Of a DNA stretch of 64,000 nt, positions 1-8,660 are shown piece after piece. Made by a program: the position numbers and the translations under genes. Where the stretch lies: positions 1,174 to 65,173 of the forward strand of contig CAZKXZ010000023.1 in the NCBI GenBank assembly GCA_964556695.1, read 5' to 3'. This DNA comes from an uncultured Gemmatimonadales bacterium (GTDB taxonomy: Bacteria; Gemmatimonadota; Gemmatimonadetes; Gemmatimonadales; Gemmatimonadaceae). The notes under the pieces are model-generated. The model ran no database searches and was not told the DNA's origin. It worked only from the letters and a program-made list of their open reading frames with translations. Every line of letters begins with the position of its first letter. Positions within the stretch are counted from its first letter, which is position 1.

Positions 1-198
1 CCCCGGACGGCAAATGGCGTGTTGCCATCGGCGACCGTATGCAACGTAGCCGCGCGAGCTTGTGCTCACGTTTCAGGTCGAAGGCGTTCCGGCGCCAGGC
101 ATATTGCGCGCGTATTTGTGCATGGAGATCTGGTGACGGAAAAGGGAACGGCTGGGTTACAGGCAGAAACTGCGGCGCAAGTGAAGTAGCGCATGGCG

Positions 199-909
199 TC
201 AACGCTGCGGTTTTGACCAACGCGTGAGCACAGCGTCCACAACGTCGCGAACCTGCGCTCGCGCATCCATACGATCGTGCCCATTCGCGAGCAGCGAATC
301 GTAACGTGACTCCGCATGACGTGCATGCGCCTTTACCGCCAGGTCGATCGCATCATCGCGCAAATCCTTCGCCGCCGCGGATCGCCCCACGCGTCCGCTG
401 TACTTCCTGCACGCGTGTTGTGCGATTTCGCGCCCGGATGGTATTCCGGGATAGCGCTGCCGCACAGCTGCAGCAAAACTGTCGACATAGACCTTGTCCA
501 CAACAATGGCGCGCTCCGCACGACGTTCGGCCGCCGCGGCTCGCGCGTCGGCATCTTCGAGGCACGATGCCTCGGCATCCTCCAGAGACTTTTCCTCAAC
601 CAACAATCCCTGGCGCTCGTAACGCCTCCGAGCGCTGCTCCATTTGAGCACAACCGCATAAAGTGTCGATGACTTCTTAGCGCGCCTGCTGACACACGCA
701 TTGCCGGACGGCAGAAACTCGAGATGATCGAGGTCAGCACAGGAGAGGCACAGCGCACCCTTTCCATGGATCAGCCGTATCCAGGCTCTTGAGCCCAGCT
801 CGGATCCGCACTCGTCGCATGTCGACTCCCGGGTCGAAATGAACACGAGTATATCCTTCTCGCCGGAATCGGGCGGTGATTCAGGCTGCTCACTGCGAGA
901 AATTGTCAT
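199..909 (-). CDS. DUF2293 domain-containing protein
   Basis: ORF 199..942 (-). C-terminal half (ACRKYSGRVGRSAAAKDL, AIDLAVKAHARHAESRYDSLL, ARAQVRDVVDAVLTRW) matches the DUF2293 pattern as I recall it. Start placed at ATG 909 (MTISRSEQ) rather than upstream TTG 942. Confidence 0.7.
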   Translation of the reverse strand: MTISRSEQPESPPDSGEKDILVFISTRESTCDECGSELGSRAWIRLIHGKGALCLSCADLDHLEFLPSGNACVSRRAKKSSTLYAVVLKWSSARRRYERQGLLVEEKSLEDAEASCLEDADARAAAAERRAERAIVVDKVYVDSFAAAVRQRYPGIPSGREIAQHACRKYSGRVGRSAAAKDLRDDAIDLAVKAHARHAESRYDSLLANGHDRMDARAQVRDVVDAVLTRWSKPQR

Positions 910-966
910 ATCCCTACTAATGTGAAGCGCTCCTCGATACAACGAAAGGAGGTGATATTATTCGTA

Positions 967-1593
967 ATGCCTGACTCTAGCAAGAAGCCGCGACGCAGAG
1001 CAACAGCGCAACGACCGCTGCGAATTCCTCGACAGTTGGTTTTTCGCGCGACGATGCGAGACATCACACCGACCATCTGGCGTCTGATTCTTGTGCCCGA
1101 CGAATTCACATTACATCGCTTACACAGAGTGCTGCAGATCGTTTACTCGCGGCTTGACTACCACCTGTACTCATTTGACGTGGGGAAGCGCCACTTTTCA
1201 TTCCCCGATGAGGAGTCAGAAATGGATTTCGAAGACGCCACAGCTTTTGTGCTCAGGGACCTGAGGCTCGAGGTCGGTAGCTCGTTGGCGTACACGTACG
1301 ACTTCGGCGACAATTGGGAGCACGATCTGGTGGTCGAGCGCGTCCTGCCAATGTTTCCGGAGCATCCAGCTGACGGATTTCCTCAACTGCTCGGCGGTGA
1401 GCGCGCAGCGCCACCAGAAGATGCAGGTGGCTCTGGTGGCTACGAGCGATTGCTTGAAGCGCTCAGTGACGCGAAGCATCCTGAGCACGATGAATTTCGA
1501 CAGTGGGCGGGACCTCTCTACGACCCGGAGCGTTTCGATCCGTGGTCCCTGAATCACGCTCTCATTCTTGCAGCAGCGTGGGGTGCTGTCTGA
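967..1593 (+). CDS. pRiA4b ORF-3-like protein (PF07929; IS1096 passenger TnpR-family naming)
   Basis: ORF 922..1593. LVFRATMRDITPTIWRLILVPDEFTLHRLHRVLQIVYSRLDYHLYSF, YTYDFGDNWEH and GGERAAPPEDAGG are typical of this family. ATG 967 lies downstream of the strong SD AAGGAGGTGA (946..955). Confidence 0.8.
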   Translation: MPDSSKKPRRRATAQRPLRIPRQLVFRATMRDITPTIWRLILVPDEFTLHRLHRVLQIVYSRLDYHLYSFDVGKRHFSFPDEESEMDFEDATAFVLRDLRLEVGSSLAYTYDFGDNWEHDLVVERVLPMFPEHPADGFPQLLGGERAAPPEDAGGSGGYERLLEALSDAKHPEHDEFRQWAGPLYDPERFDPWSLNHALILAAAWGAV

Positions 1594-1622
1594 CTTCAAA
1601 GCATCGACCGATGCATATGCCG

Positions 1623-1643
1623 AAAGCATCGTCATGATGCTTT
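1623..1643 (+). terminator. Possible weak terminator hairpin after the pRiA4-like gene
   Basis: Perfect 8-bp stem AAAGCATC / GATGCTTT with loop GTCAT, 30 nt after the stop. Only a TTT tail, so weak. Confidence 0.3.
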
Positions 1644-1690
1644 GCTGGTAATCGTACCATCACACCATCGGCAACAGGTAACTTCCGCAA

Positions 1691-2218
1691 ATGCGCCGAT
1701 GCAAAAACTTTGCAGTTGTATGTCTCCTCACCGTTGCACAGGGTTGCGCGGCGCCAGATGCTGATGCGCGCATTGTACCGAGGATTGGATCAAGTGCCAT
1801 GTGCACCGTCGCGCGCATTGCCGATGGAGACACACTCGTCTGTCGCAGTGGCGATCGCGTTCGCTTGCTCCTAATCGACACCCCGGAACTCAGTCAGGGA
1901 GCCGTGGGAGACGCAGCGATGCGCGCGCTGACGGCACTCATCCCAATTGGCAGCAAAGTGCGACTCGACTTCGATGTTGATCTGCGCGATCAATATGATC
2001 GCTTGCTCGCATACGTTCATCGCGGCAATGTGTTCGTTAATCGCGAGATAGCGCGACGCGGAATGGCTGTGGCACTTGTCATCCCTCCCAATGTGAAACA
2101 TGTGGAATTGATCCGGGCCGCTGTGGATTCTGCGCGCAAGGAGCGGCGCGGCCTCTGGCGCAGCGACGCGTTCAGCTGTAGTCCGCAGGACTTTCGCGCC
2201 GGCCGCTGTGGAAAGTAG
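1691..2218 (+). CDS. Thermonuclease (SNase-like) family lipoprotein
   Basis: IADGDTLVC, VRLLLIDTPE, DQYDRLLAYVH and NREIARRGMA are micrococcal-nuclease-like motifs. N-terminal signal with lipobox LTVAQGC. Confidence 0.8.
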   Translation: MRRCKNFAVVCLLTVAQGCAAPDADARIVPRIGSSAMCTVARIADGDTLVCRSGDRVRLLLIDTPELSQGAVGDAAMRALTALIPIGSKVRLDFDVDLRDQYDRLLAYVHRGNVFVNREIARRGMAVALVIPPNVKHVELIRAAVDSARKERRGLWRSDAFSCSPQDFRAGRCGK

Positions 2219-2224
2219 ACGGCA

Positions 2225-2260
2225 GAACGACACTGGATTCCCGCTTCGCGGGAATGACGG
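2225..2260. repeat. REP-like palindromic unit, copy A
   Basis: GAACGACACTGGATTCCCGCTTCGCGGGAATGACGG. Stem ATTCCCGC / GCGGGAAT. Near-identical to copy B at 14910..14945. Sits just after a stop codon. Confidence 0.85.
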
Positions 2261-2352
2261 CTACGAGCGAAAATGGGTTCCCACGTTCCCAGCGCGACGC
2301 CGGCATGGCCCGCGCTCTGGCCACCTCGCCACTGGACTAGCATCTTTCCGCG

Positions 2353-5055
2353 ATGCATGAGACCGCCGACCGGCTCAATAATTTGCTCGCGGGCCGTTAC
2401 CGTATTGAGCGTGAGCTGGGGGCGGGCGGCATGGCAACCGTTTGGCTGGCGCATGACCTCCGACATCAACGCAAGGTGGCCATCAAGGTTCTGCGCGAAG
2501 ACCTCGCCGCTGTCATCGGTGCCGACCGCTTCGTCCGCGAGATCCAGACCGTCGCGGCACTCCAGCATCCTCACATACTCGGCCTGATCGACTCCGGCGA
2601 AATCAACGGCACCGCCTTCTACGTCATGCCGTTCATCGAGGGTGAAAGTCTTCGCGACCGGCTCAACCGGGAGAAACAACTCCCCGTCGCCGACGCGCTG
2701 CGCGTCGCAGCCGAAGTATCCGCGGCCCTCGATTACGCACACCGGCATGGAGTAATCCACCGCGACATCAAACCGGAAAACATTCTCCTGCACGACGGCA
2801 GTGCGTTGCTGGCCGACTTCGGAATCGCATTCGCAGCGTCGGAAGGCAACACACAAAGGATGACCCAAACGGGGTTGTCCTTAGGCACGCCGAGCTATAT
2901 GAGTCCCGAACAGGCGATGGGTGAGCGGGAAATAACTGCACGTTCCGACATTTTCTCGCTCGGCTGCGTCGTCTACGAAATGCTCTCAGGTGAACCTCCC
3001 TTCAGCGGACCCACGGCGCAGGCTGTGATCGCCAAGGTGATGACGAGTGATCCGGCCCCGCTCAAATCACTGCGACGCAGTGTGCCCGCGCATGTGAGCG
3101 ACGCAATACATATCGCACTCGAGAAGTTGCCCGCTGACAGATTCGCAACCGCGGCAGAATTTGCCGCGGCGCTGCGTGGCGAAGGATCATCGCGCGCGCG
3201 TCACACGCAGCTGCAACCAGGGCGCGAAAGCCGGATGTGGAAACTCATTGCCGCCGTCAACGGCATTGCGGGGCTTATCGCGATTGCAATGTGGGCTATA
3301 TCGTCGCGCCCGCATACGCCTGCTGAACGCGTCGCAACGGCGATTGTCCTTCCGGACAATGCAGCTCTCGATCCGCGGCGCACCGACCTCGCCATATCGC
3401 CCGACGGCCACAACATCGTTTACGCGAGTGTGGCGGACAGCTCGCTCTACATTCGCCCGCTCCAGGAGATGATTCCGGTGCTGATTACGCGCACGCGCGG
3501 TGCGCGGCAGCCGCAATTTTCACCTGACGGACGGTGGCTCACCTTCCTTGAGCCTCTGCCATCGCGCCGGCTCATGAAGTTGCCCTTTCCTCTCGACGGC
3601 CAACCGCCGACGATGGTGCTGGATTCTGTTACTGAGTTCAGCTGGGGTGACAACGGGGTTCTAGTACTCACTCGCGGTTCAGGTCTGTGGTTGTCGAACA
3701 TGGATGGCGTTGCACCGCGGCAACTCACCAGCGTGGACACAACAGGCGGGGTAGAAGCATACAGACATCTGCATGTGCTTCCCGGAAGTCGCGCCGCGGT
3801 TTTTACTCTGGCGCGCAGAGCGGCTGACGAACCGGAGCTCGCGGCTGTGCAACTCCGTGACGCACGCGTGACCAGATTGGCCATCGTCGGTTCGAGTGCA
3901 ATTTGGCTCAAGACCGGCCACCTGCTCTACGCAAAATCTGAAGGTTCAGCGGCCGTTGTTCCATTTGACCTCCGTGCGCTTCGTGTGACTGGATCGACGC
4001 GCACTGTCTTCGACAGCCTGCTGTTAACGAGCAATGGGCGCGGCGTCTTTGCGATCGCTTCGAATGGAACGCTCACATACATCAGCGGGCAGACATTCGA
4101 AGAGCTGGTGCGCGTGGACCGTCGCGGTGTAGTGACGAATGTCTTTGGCCGGCAGCCATGGCGGTATGCAACGCCGAGGTTTTCACCAGCGTGTGATCGC
4201 GCAGTTGTGTTGGCCGTGTTGCCGGGCAACCGAAACAACGTCGTAGTTTACGCGCCAGATTTGGGACGGGTGGTGCATCTCAGCAACGATGATCGCGGTG
4301 GTACGCCCGCCTGGATTGATGGAGGTCGCTCCGTGGTGTGGGTGACGTCCGATCGTGTGGCGCCGCGTCTGGACTCTCTTACTGCCACTCCCGGCGTGTA
4401 CCGGAGAAGCTGGGACGGAACCGGTCGCCCGCAACTCATCCGTCCCGCTTCGGAACGTGCATCGGTTATCTCGACAAATGCGGCGGGCACGCTTCTTCTT
4501 TTCGGTGCGCGAGAAGGGACGTCCGGCCCGATGCTCACCTTTTATGTTTCGTCACTCGACAGTGGCGCATCGGCACGTCCGGTTCCAACCGTGACCGGTG
4601 ACAAGGTGGCGCCCGCCATTTCTCCAGATGGCAGATGGGTGGCCTACGCGTCGGATGCTGAAGGAGGGCGTTACGAGATCTACGTCAGTTCCCTTCAGGA
4701 GCCCGTTGTGCATCGCAGGATCACGAATGGTGGCGCCTCAGAGCCCGCGTGGTCATCGGACAGCCGGTCACTGTATTACCGCACCTCGTTCCGTACGAGC
4801 GTCAGTGCCAGCTCAATGTTCGATCAGCCGGACTGGATGATGCAGGCGCATCTGCAACTCTCGCCGCAGATCTCCGTGACGAAGACCGACTCCCTTTTTG
4901 CAAACCCCTATTCGCGTTATGCGCGCAACAGATATTATGACGTCTGCCGCGATGGTTCGTTCCTGATGCTGCGGAGCGGCGCTCCGCAGCAGCGGCTCGT
5001 GGTGATCACCGGCTGGGTGGATCAGTTGCGCGCGCAGCTCTCAGGGATGCGGTAA
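2353..5055 (+). CDS. Ser/Thr protein kinase with transmembrane segment and C-terminal PD40/TolB-like beta-propeller repeats
   Basis: Hanks kinase motifs GAGGMATVWLA, VAIK, HRDIKPENILL, DFGIA and SPEQ. TM segment WKLIAAVNGIAGLIAIAMWAI. Repeated SPDG-type motifs (ISPDGHNIVY, FSPDGRWLTF, ISPDGRWVAYASD). Confidence 0.9.
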   Translation: MHETADRLNNLLAGRYRIERELGAGGMATVWLAHDLRHQRKVAIKVLREDLAAVIGADRFVREIQTVAALQHPHILGLIDSGEINGTAFYVMPFIEGESLRDRLNREKQLPVADALRVAAEVSAALDYAHRHGVIHRDIKPENILLHDGSALLADFGIAFAASEGNTQRMTQTGLSLGTPSYMSPEQAMGEREITARSDIFSLGCVVYEMLSGEPPFSGPTAQAVIAKVMTSDPAPLKSLRRSVPAHVSDAIHIALEKLPADRFATAAEFAAALRGEGSSRARHTQLQPGRESRMWKLIAAVNGIAGLIAIAMWAISSRPHTPAERVATAIVLPDNAALDPRRTDLAISPDGHNIVYASVADSSLYIRPLQEMIPVLITRTRGARQPQFSPDGRWLTFLEPLPSRRLMKLPFPLDGQPPTMVLDSVTEFSWGDNGVLVLTRGSGLWLSNMDGVAPRQLTSVDTTGGVEAYRHLHVLPGSRAAVFTLARRAADEPELAAVQLRDARVTRLAIVGSSAIWLKTGHLLYAKSEGSAAVVPFDLRALRVTGSTRTVFDSLLLTSNGRGVFAIASNGTLTYISGQTFEELVRVDRRGVVTNVFGRQPWRYATPRFSPACDRAVVLAVLPGNRNNVVVYAPDLGRVVHLSNDDRGGTPAWIDGGRSVVWVTSDRVAPRLDSLTATPGVYRRSWDGTGRPQLIRPASERASVISTNAAGTLLLFGAREGTSGPMLTFYVSSLDSGASARPVPTVTGDKVAPAISPDGRWVAYASDAEGGRYEIYVSSLQEPVVHRRITNGGASEPAWSSDSRSLYYRTSFRTSVSASSMFDQPDWMMQAHLQLSPQISVTKTDSLFANPYSRYARNRYYDVCRDGSFLMLRSGAPQQRLVVITGWVDQLRAQLSGMR

Positions 5056-5170
5056 GGTAAGCGATCAACGCTCGCGCCCAGGCAGATCTTACTCAAACTC
5101 TGACCGGCGTGTAACGTTACTACCGCTGGCTGCCGCTCTACCCGGACCGCAAACACGAATTGGAGGCTCT

Positions 5171-6277
5171 ATGCATCGCATCTTGATCGCCTGCCTCGGA
5201 CCGGGGTTGCTCGTCACGTTTGCGTGCGCAGGTGCTGATGTGGCACAACTCGATCTGCCCCTATACGAATTGCACGAGGAGTGGCGCATCATCTCCAACG
5301 ATTCCGTGCCGTTCGCGCGCATGAGCAGTATCTCCGACGCCAGTCCGCTCCTGCCCGGTGACAGGTTGATGAGCATTGACGCATCTGAAGCGCTCATCCG
5401 GATTTATTCCCCTGAAGGAAAGTTGTTGCGTGCATTCGGACGAAAAGGAGACGGACCACTGGAATTCCGAAGGCCGGCCGTCGGCGGGAATGTGGGCGAC
5501 ACAATATGGATCTGGGACTCGATGGGCAGGGGCTACCACTTTTTCGATACAACATTCGCTCCAATCGGCCAGGCACGAGCACCATCGCGAGGCGGCGCGT
5601 ACATCGGTCCCGTCGCGGGGCAGGCGATACTGCTTCATGCCGGCGATACCCTCTGGCAATACAACTACGACAATGAGCCGATCAAACACTTCGTCATGCC
5701 GGTAATTCATCCGGACTTCCGGACAAACGTAGTTGTCGGGACTGCAACACGCCGCCTCATTTCCCCGTTTGCCCCGCGCATGGACTATTCCAGAATGCCT
5801 GGGGGCCGCAGGCTGCTCGTAGTCGAACCAGCTGAATACTGGGGTGGCAAACCGGGGCAGATTTCAATTAGATGGATGCTGATGCCTGAGGGAACTCTGT
5901 CTGAACGCGTGATCGCCTCTCTTCCACCAGTCAGGATAACTGCAGCGCGGCGCGATTCCGCAATTGCCACCGAAGTTGCGCGCTTCAAGATAAGCGACGC
6001 TGCCGCAGTCGAGTATCGCAGCAAGGCGCGAATTCCGGATTACCTCCCGGCCTTCGAACGCGTGGTGCTCGCGAATGAAGAAATGGTGTGGTTATCGCTT
6101 CACGAGAGTGATTCGACGCTCCTCGTATTGAGCACCAGCGGCAAACCAACCATGCGTGTCCGCCTGCCCAAAGAAGGCTACTTGCTTGCGGCCTCGGGTG
6201 AATCCGTCTGGGCAGTGGCTCACGACAGCAGCGACGTCCCAATGCTTGTGAAGTATCGTTTGCGGCGACCGGACTGA
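5171..6277 (+). CDS. Secreted 6-bladed beta-propeller (NHL/TolB-like) family protein, paralog P1
   Basis: Signal-like N-terminus. IRIYSPEGKLLRAFGRKGDGPLEF motif and C-terminal LVKYRLRR shared with four other ORFs in the window. Closest to P4 (39883..41028). Confidence 0.75.
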   Translation: MHRILIACLGPGLLVTFACAGADVAQLDLPLYELHEEWRIISNDSVPFARMSSISDASPLLPGDRLMSIDASEALIRIYSPEGKLLRAFGRKGDGPLEFRRPAVGGNVGDTIWIWDSMGRGYHFFDTTFAPIGQARAPSRGGAYIGPVAGQAILLHAGDTLWQYNYDNEPIKHFVMPVIHPDFRTNVVVGTATRRLISPFAPRMDYSRMPGGRRLLVVEPAEYWGGKPGQISIRWMLMPEGTLSERVIASLPPVRITAARRDSAIATEVARFKISDAAAVEYRSKARIPDYLPAFERVVLANEEMVWLSLHESDSTLLVLSTSGKPTMRVRLPKEGYLLAASGESVWAVAHDSSDVPMLVKYRLRRPD

Positions 6278-6296
6278 CACGTCTTCAGGTGACTCA

Positions 6297-8576
6297 ATGA
6301 GAAACGACGACCCCTTCAATCTGCGCGTGACGCGCCGCGAGCTGTTGCGCTTGATGTCCTTGTCAGCTGCGGCAGGCCTTGTCTCGTGCGGCGCACCCGC
6401 CGACCCCAATGACGATGATGATGACGATGACGGCGGCGGGTTAACCCTCGCTCCTGGCACATCACGAGCCGGAGCTGGCACACCGGGCGCCCCGGTCACG
6501 TCGGCTCAGCGAAAGTCAGCGTTCATCGCGCTGGAAACGAAACTCGTTGAACTACTGGATAGCACGACGGGGAAGGCACCTGCGGGCCAGGTGCTCGCCT
6601 GGCTGGCGCAACAGGGCGTGTATCAGACAATCGGATACAGTGCGACGCGCGATGTTTACGCGATTTTCACCGACGGTCGCCCGCATCTTATCACGACAGA
6701 CTCACGCATGGGTACCGACGGTGTGACCAAGGCGCCAACTGGCCCTCCTCCCGTCCTGCAATTGCACTCCGCGGGTTCAATGGTGCGCGAGACCGGCAGC
6801 GCTCCGCAGGTCAATTTCGAAGCAGGACTTCCGGGTAAGTGGTTCCGTTTCATCAACACATGGTATGCGGAACCAACGCCGGATTTCGGACCCATCGACA
6901 CCTGGTGTGACGCCAACCGCATCAACGTGCAAAACCCGCTGTCAGCCGCGCGCTTCATGGAAAAATTTGGATATGATATCGTCTTCGGTCAGGATGGATT
7001 CCTCTCGAGCGGCATTTCAGGAGAAGTGGAAAGCCTCAAGTCCAATGTCAAAGGCGACGGCGTCTTCTATTGGGGCACTCACGGTGGAAGACTCGACCCT
7101 GCCGGCATTGTCATCCAGGGCCTCATGACCAGTACCCCCGCCTACCAGCAGACCGTCGAGGTGGATTACGCCGATGAGTTCGCGCAGGGAACTCTCATTT
7201 ACTACACAGCACCGCTATGCCCGATGGGATGCGGCCTTTTCCGCCCCAATGTGCAGTCGCGGCTCGCAATCACGGACAAGTGGATCAAGAAATACCAGTG
7301 GAAGTTTGGGGACTATAGTCTCGTGTTTGTAAATGCGTGCCTGAGTGGCACCGGCCCAATCAAGCAGGCGTTCCTCGATGCCGGAGCCTCCGTGTACATG
7401 GGCTGGAATAATGTCGTGAGGTTCTGGGCAGTATGCGGCTCAGCATATGACTTCTTCTCTCTCATGCTGGGCCTCAACGCAAACATGGGTGGTGTTTCGC
7501 CTGGATTTGTTGAGCCGCGGCAGCGGCCTTACGATTGGGGCGCTGTGTTGTTCCATTTGCAGAGAAGCGCGATGACCGGCGCGTACAGCGATCCAGAAGA
7601 AGGGATCGTGACGCTGCAAGCGACACCCAACTTCGCTGTGCCATCCAGTTTTCTTTGCCTCAGGCCCTCGATGTACTGGAATGCATTCGATGAGGTGAAC
7701 AGTGAACTGCATCTGATCGGCGGCATGTTCGGTACGAACCAGGGAACGGCCGCGATCGGCACCGATGTGAGTTGCAAGACGGATTGCTCCGTGTATGACG
7801 AGAACGCGGACTTCAAGCTCGCTAGCGGCGTTGCGCTCACGGTGAAAGACTGGCAGAGCCAGAACGTTGTGCTCGAAGTGCCGCGCACCGGACCCGGTTC
7901 CGCAGGAATCGTGCAGGTGACGGTTGATGGCCGGTTCAGCAATGGCGCGCAGCTGACGCGCCTCAATTTCCCGGTGACTGCTACGCAACGCCATGGCGGA
8001 TCGCTCCAGGTGAATGTGAATGCCCAGCTCTTATTCCGCGGAGATTTCCGCGGTGTGCGCATAGATCCGATGCAGGAATTGTCGTTTCTTGATACGGTGC
8101 TGTGCCTCACACCGGCGGCGCTCACCGGAAACTTCACAGCGTTGGGCGCTCATACTTACCAGGATGGCGACACGACAGTTGTCGTGGAGTGGTCGGGCAG
8201 CGGCACCGTTCTTCCCAGCGCGGCAACTGGTGGATCACTTGTCATCGGCGAAGTCAAGCCGAAACCACGCAGCGGCAAATTCAGCGTCTTTCTGAGTGGT
8301 ACGGGAATCATGGAGAAGGTGACAGCGACCACACCAGGCTCGCCACCTTCGATGTCAACACGCGAAATCGGTTTCACAATAGAATCGCAGCGGCTTCCAG
8401 GACTCCCGCCGCATTCAATGGAGGTGCAGTTCGCCGAGGCGTATACGTCGCCAGCTGTGAACCAGGCGTTGTCTATTACAGGGGCCGGCTACAACGGCGC
8501 TGATGTGACGACGACAATCACCATTGGTCCCTTCACCGCGGATTTTCCACCGGACAAGGAGGTTGGCGGGCGCTGA
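6297..8576 (+). CDS. Tat-signal lipoprotein of unknown function (possible clan-CD-like His/Cys dyad, IPT/TIG-like segment)
   Basis: RRELLRLMSLSAAAGLVSCG is a twin-arginine motif plus lipobox. Seven consecutive Asp follow the lipobox Cys. VFYWGTHGG and SLVFVNACLSG resemble His-Gly / Ala-Cys catalytic strands. No family assignment possible by eye. Confidence 0.7.
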   Translation: MRNDDPFNLRVTRRELLRLMSLSAAAGLVSCGAPADPNDDDDDDDGGGLTLAPGTSRAGAGTPGAPVTSAQRKSAFIALETKLVELLDSTTGKAPAGQVLAWLAQQGVYQTIGYSATRDVYAIFTDGRPHLITTDSRMGTDGVTKAPTGPPPVLQLHSAGSMVRETGSAPQVNFEAGLPGKWFRFINTWYAEPTPDFGPIDTWCDANRINVQNPLSAARFMEKFGYDIVFGQDGFLSSGISGEVESLKSNVKGDGVFYWGTHGGRLDPAGIVIQGLMTSTPAYQQTVEVDYADEFAQGTLIYYTAPLCPMGCGLFRPNVQSRLAITDKWIKKYQWKFGDYSLVFVNACLSGTGPIKQAFLDAGASVYMGWNNVVRFWAVCGSAYDFFSLMLGLNANMGGVSPGFVEPRQRPYDWGAVLFHLQRSAMTGAYSDPEEGIVTLQATPNFAVPSSFLCLRPSMYWNAFDEVNSELHLIGGMFGTNQGTAAIGTDVSCKTDCSVYDENADFKLASGVALTVKDWQSQNVVLEVPRTGPGSAGIVQVTVDGRFSNGAQLTRLNFPVTATQRHGGSLQVNVNAQLLFRGDFRGVRIDPMQELSFLDTVLCLTPAALTGNFTALGAHTYQDGDTTVVVEWSGSGTVLPSAATGGSLVIGEVKPKPRSGKFSVFLSGTGIMEKVTATTPGSPPSMSTREIGFTIESQRLPGLPPHSMEVQFAEAYTSPAVNQALSITGAGYNGADVTTTITIGPFTADFPPDKEVGGR

Positions 8577-8660
8577 CTTCAGCACGTGGGGCGAAGGGAC
8601 CAAAGCAATTACATGGCCCTGACCACCCTGCGCGCATATGTTTGAGAGAAGGCAAGACAT

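Noticed and set aside
1-198. Open reading frames entering from the left edge: frame 1 to the TAG at 187..189, and frame 3 continuing as ORF 39..227, which begins PDGKWRVAIGDR.
   Set aside because: The peptides are Arg/Cys-rich with no recognisable motif beyond a short PDGKW string. Third-position GC bias is weak. I cannot support a gene here.
2017-2868. Long antisense or overlapping ORFs in the track, for example 2017..2868(-), 14507..15112(-), 42350..42916(-), 44981..45712(-), 51394..51906(-) and 62701..63405(-).
   Set aside because: All overlap genes with clear family motifs on the other strand or frame. Their peptides are Arg/Ala/Cys-rich, which is typical of shadow ORFs in GC-rich DNA.
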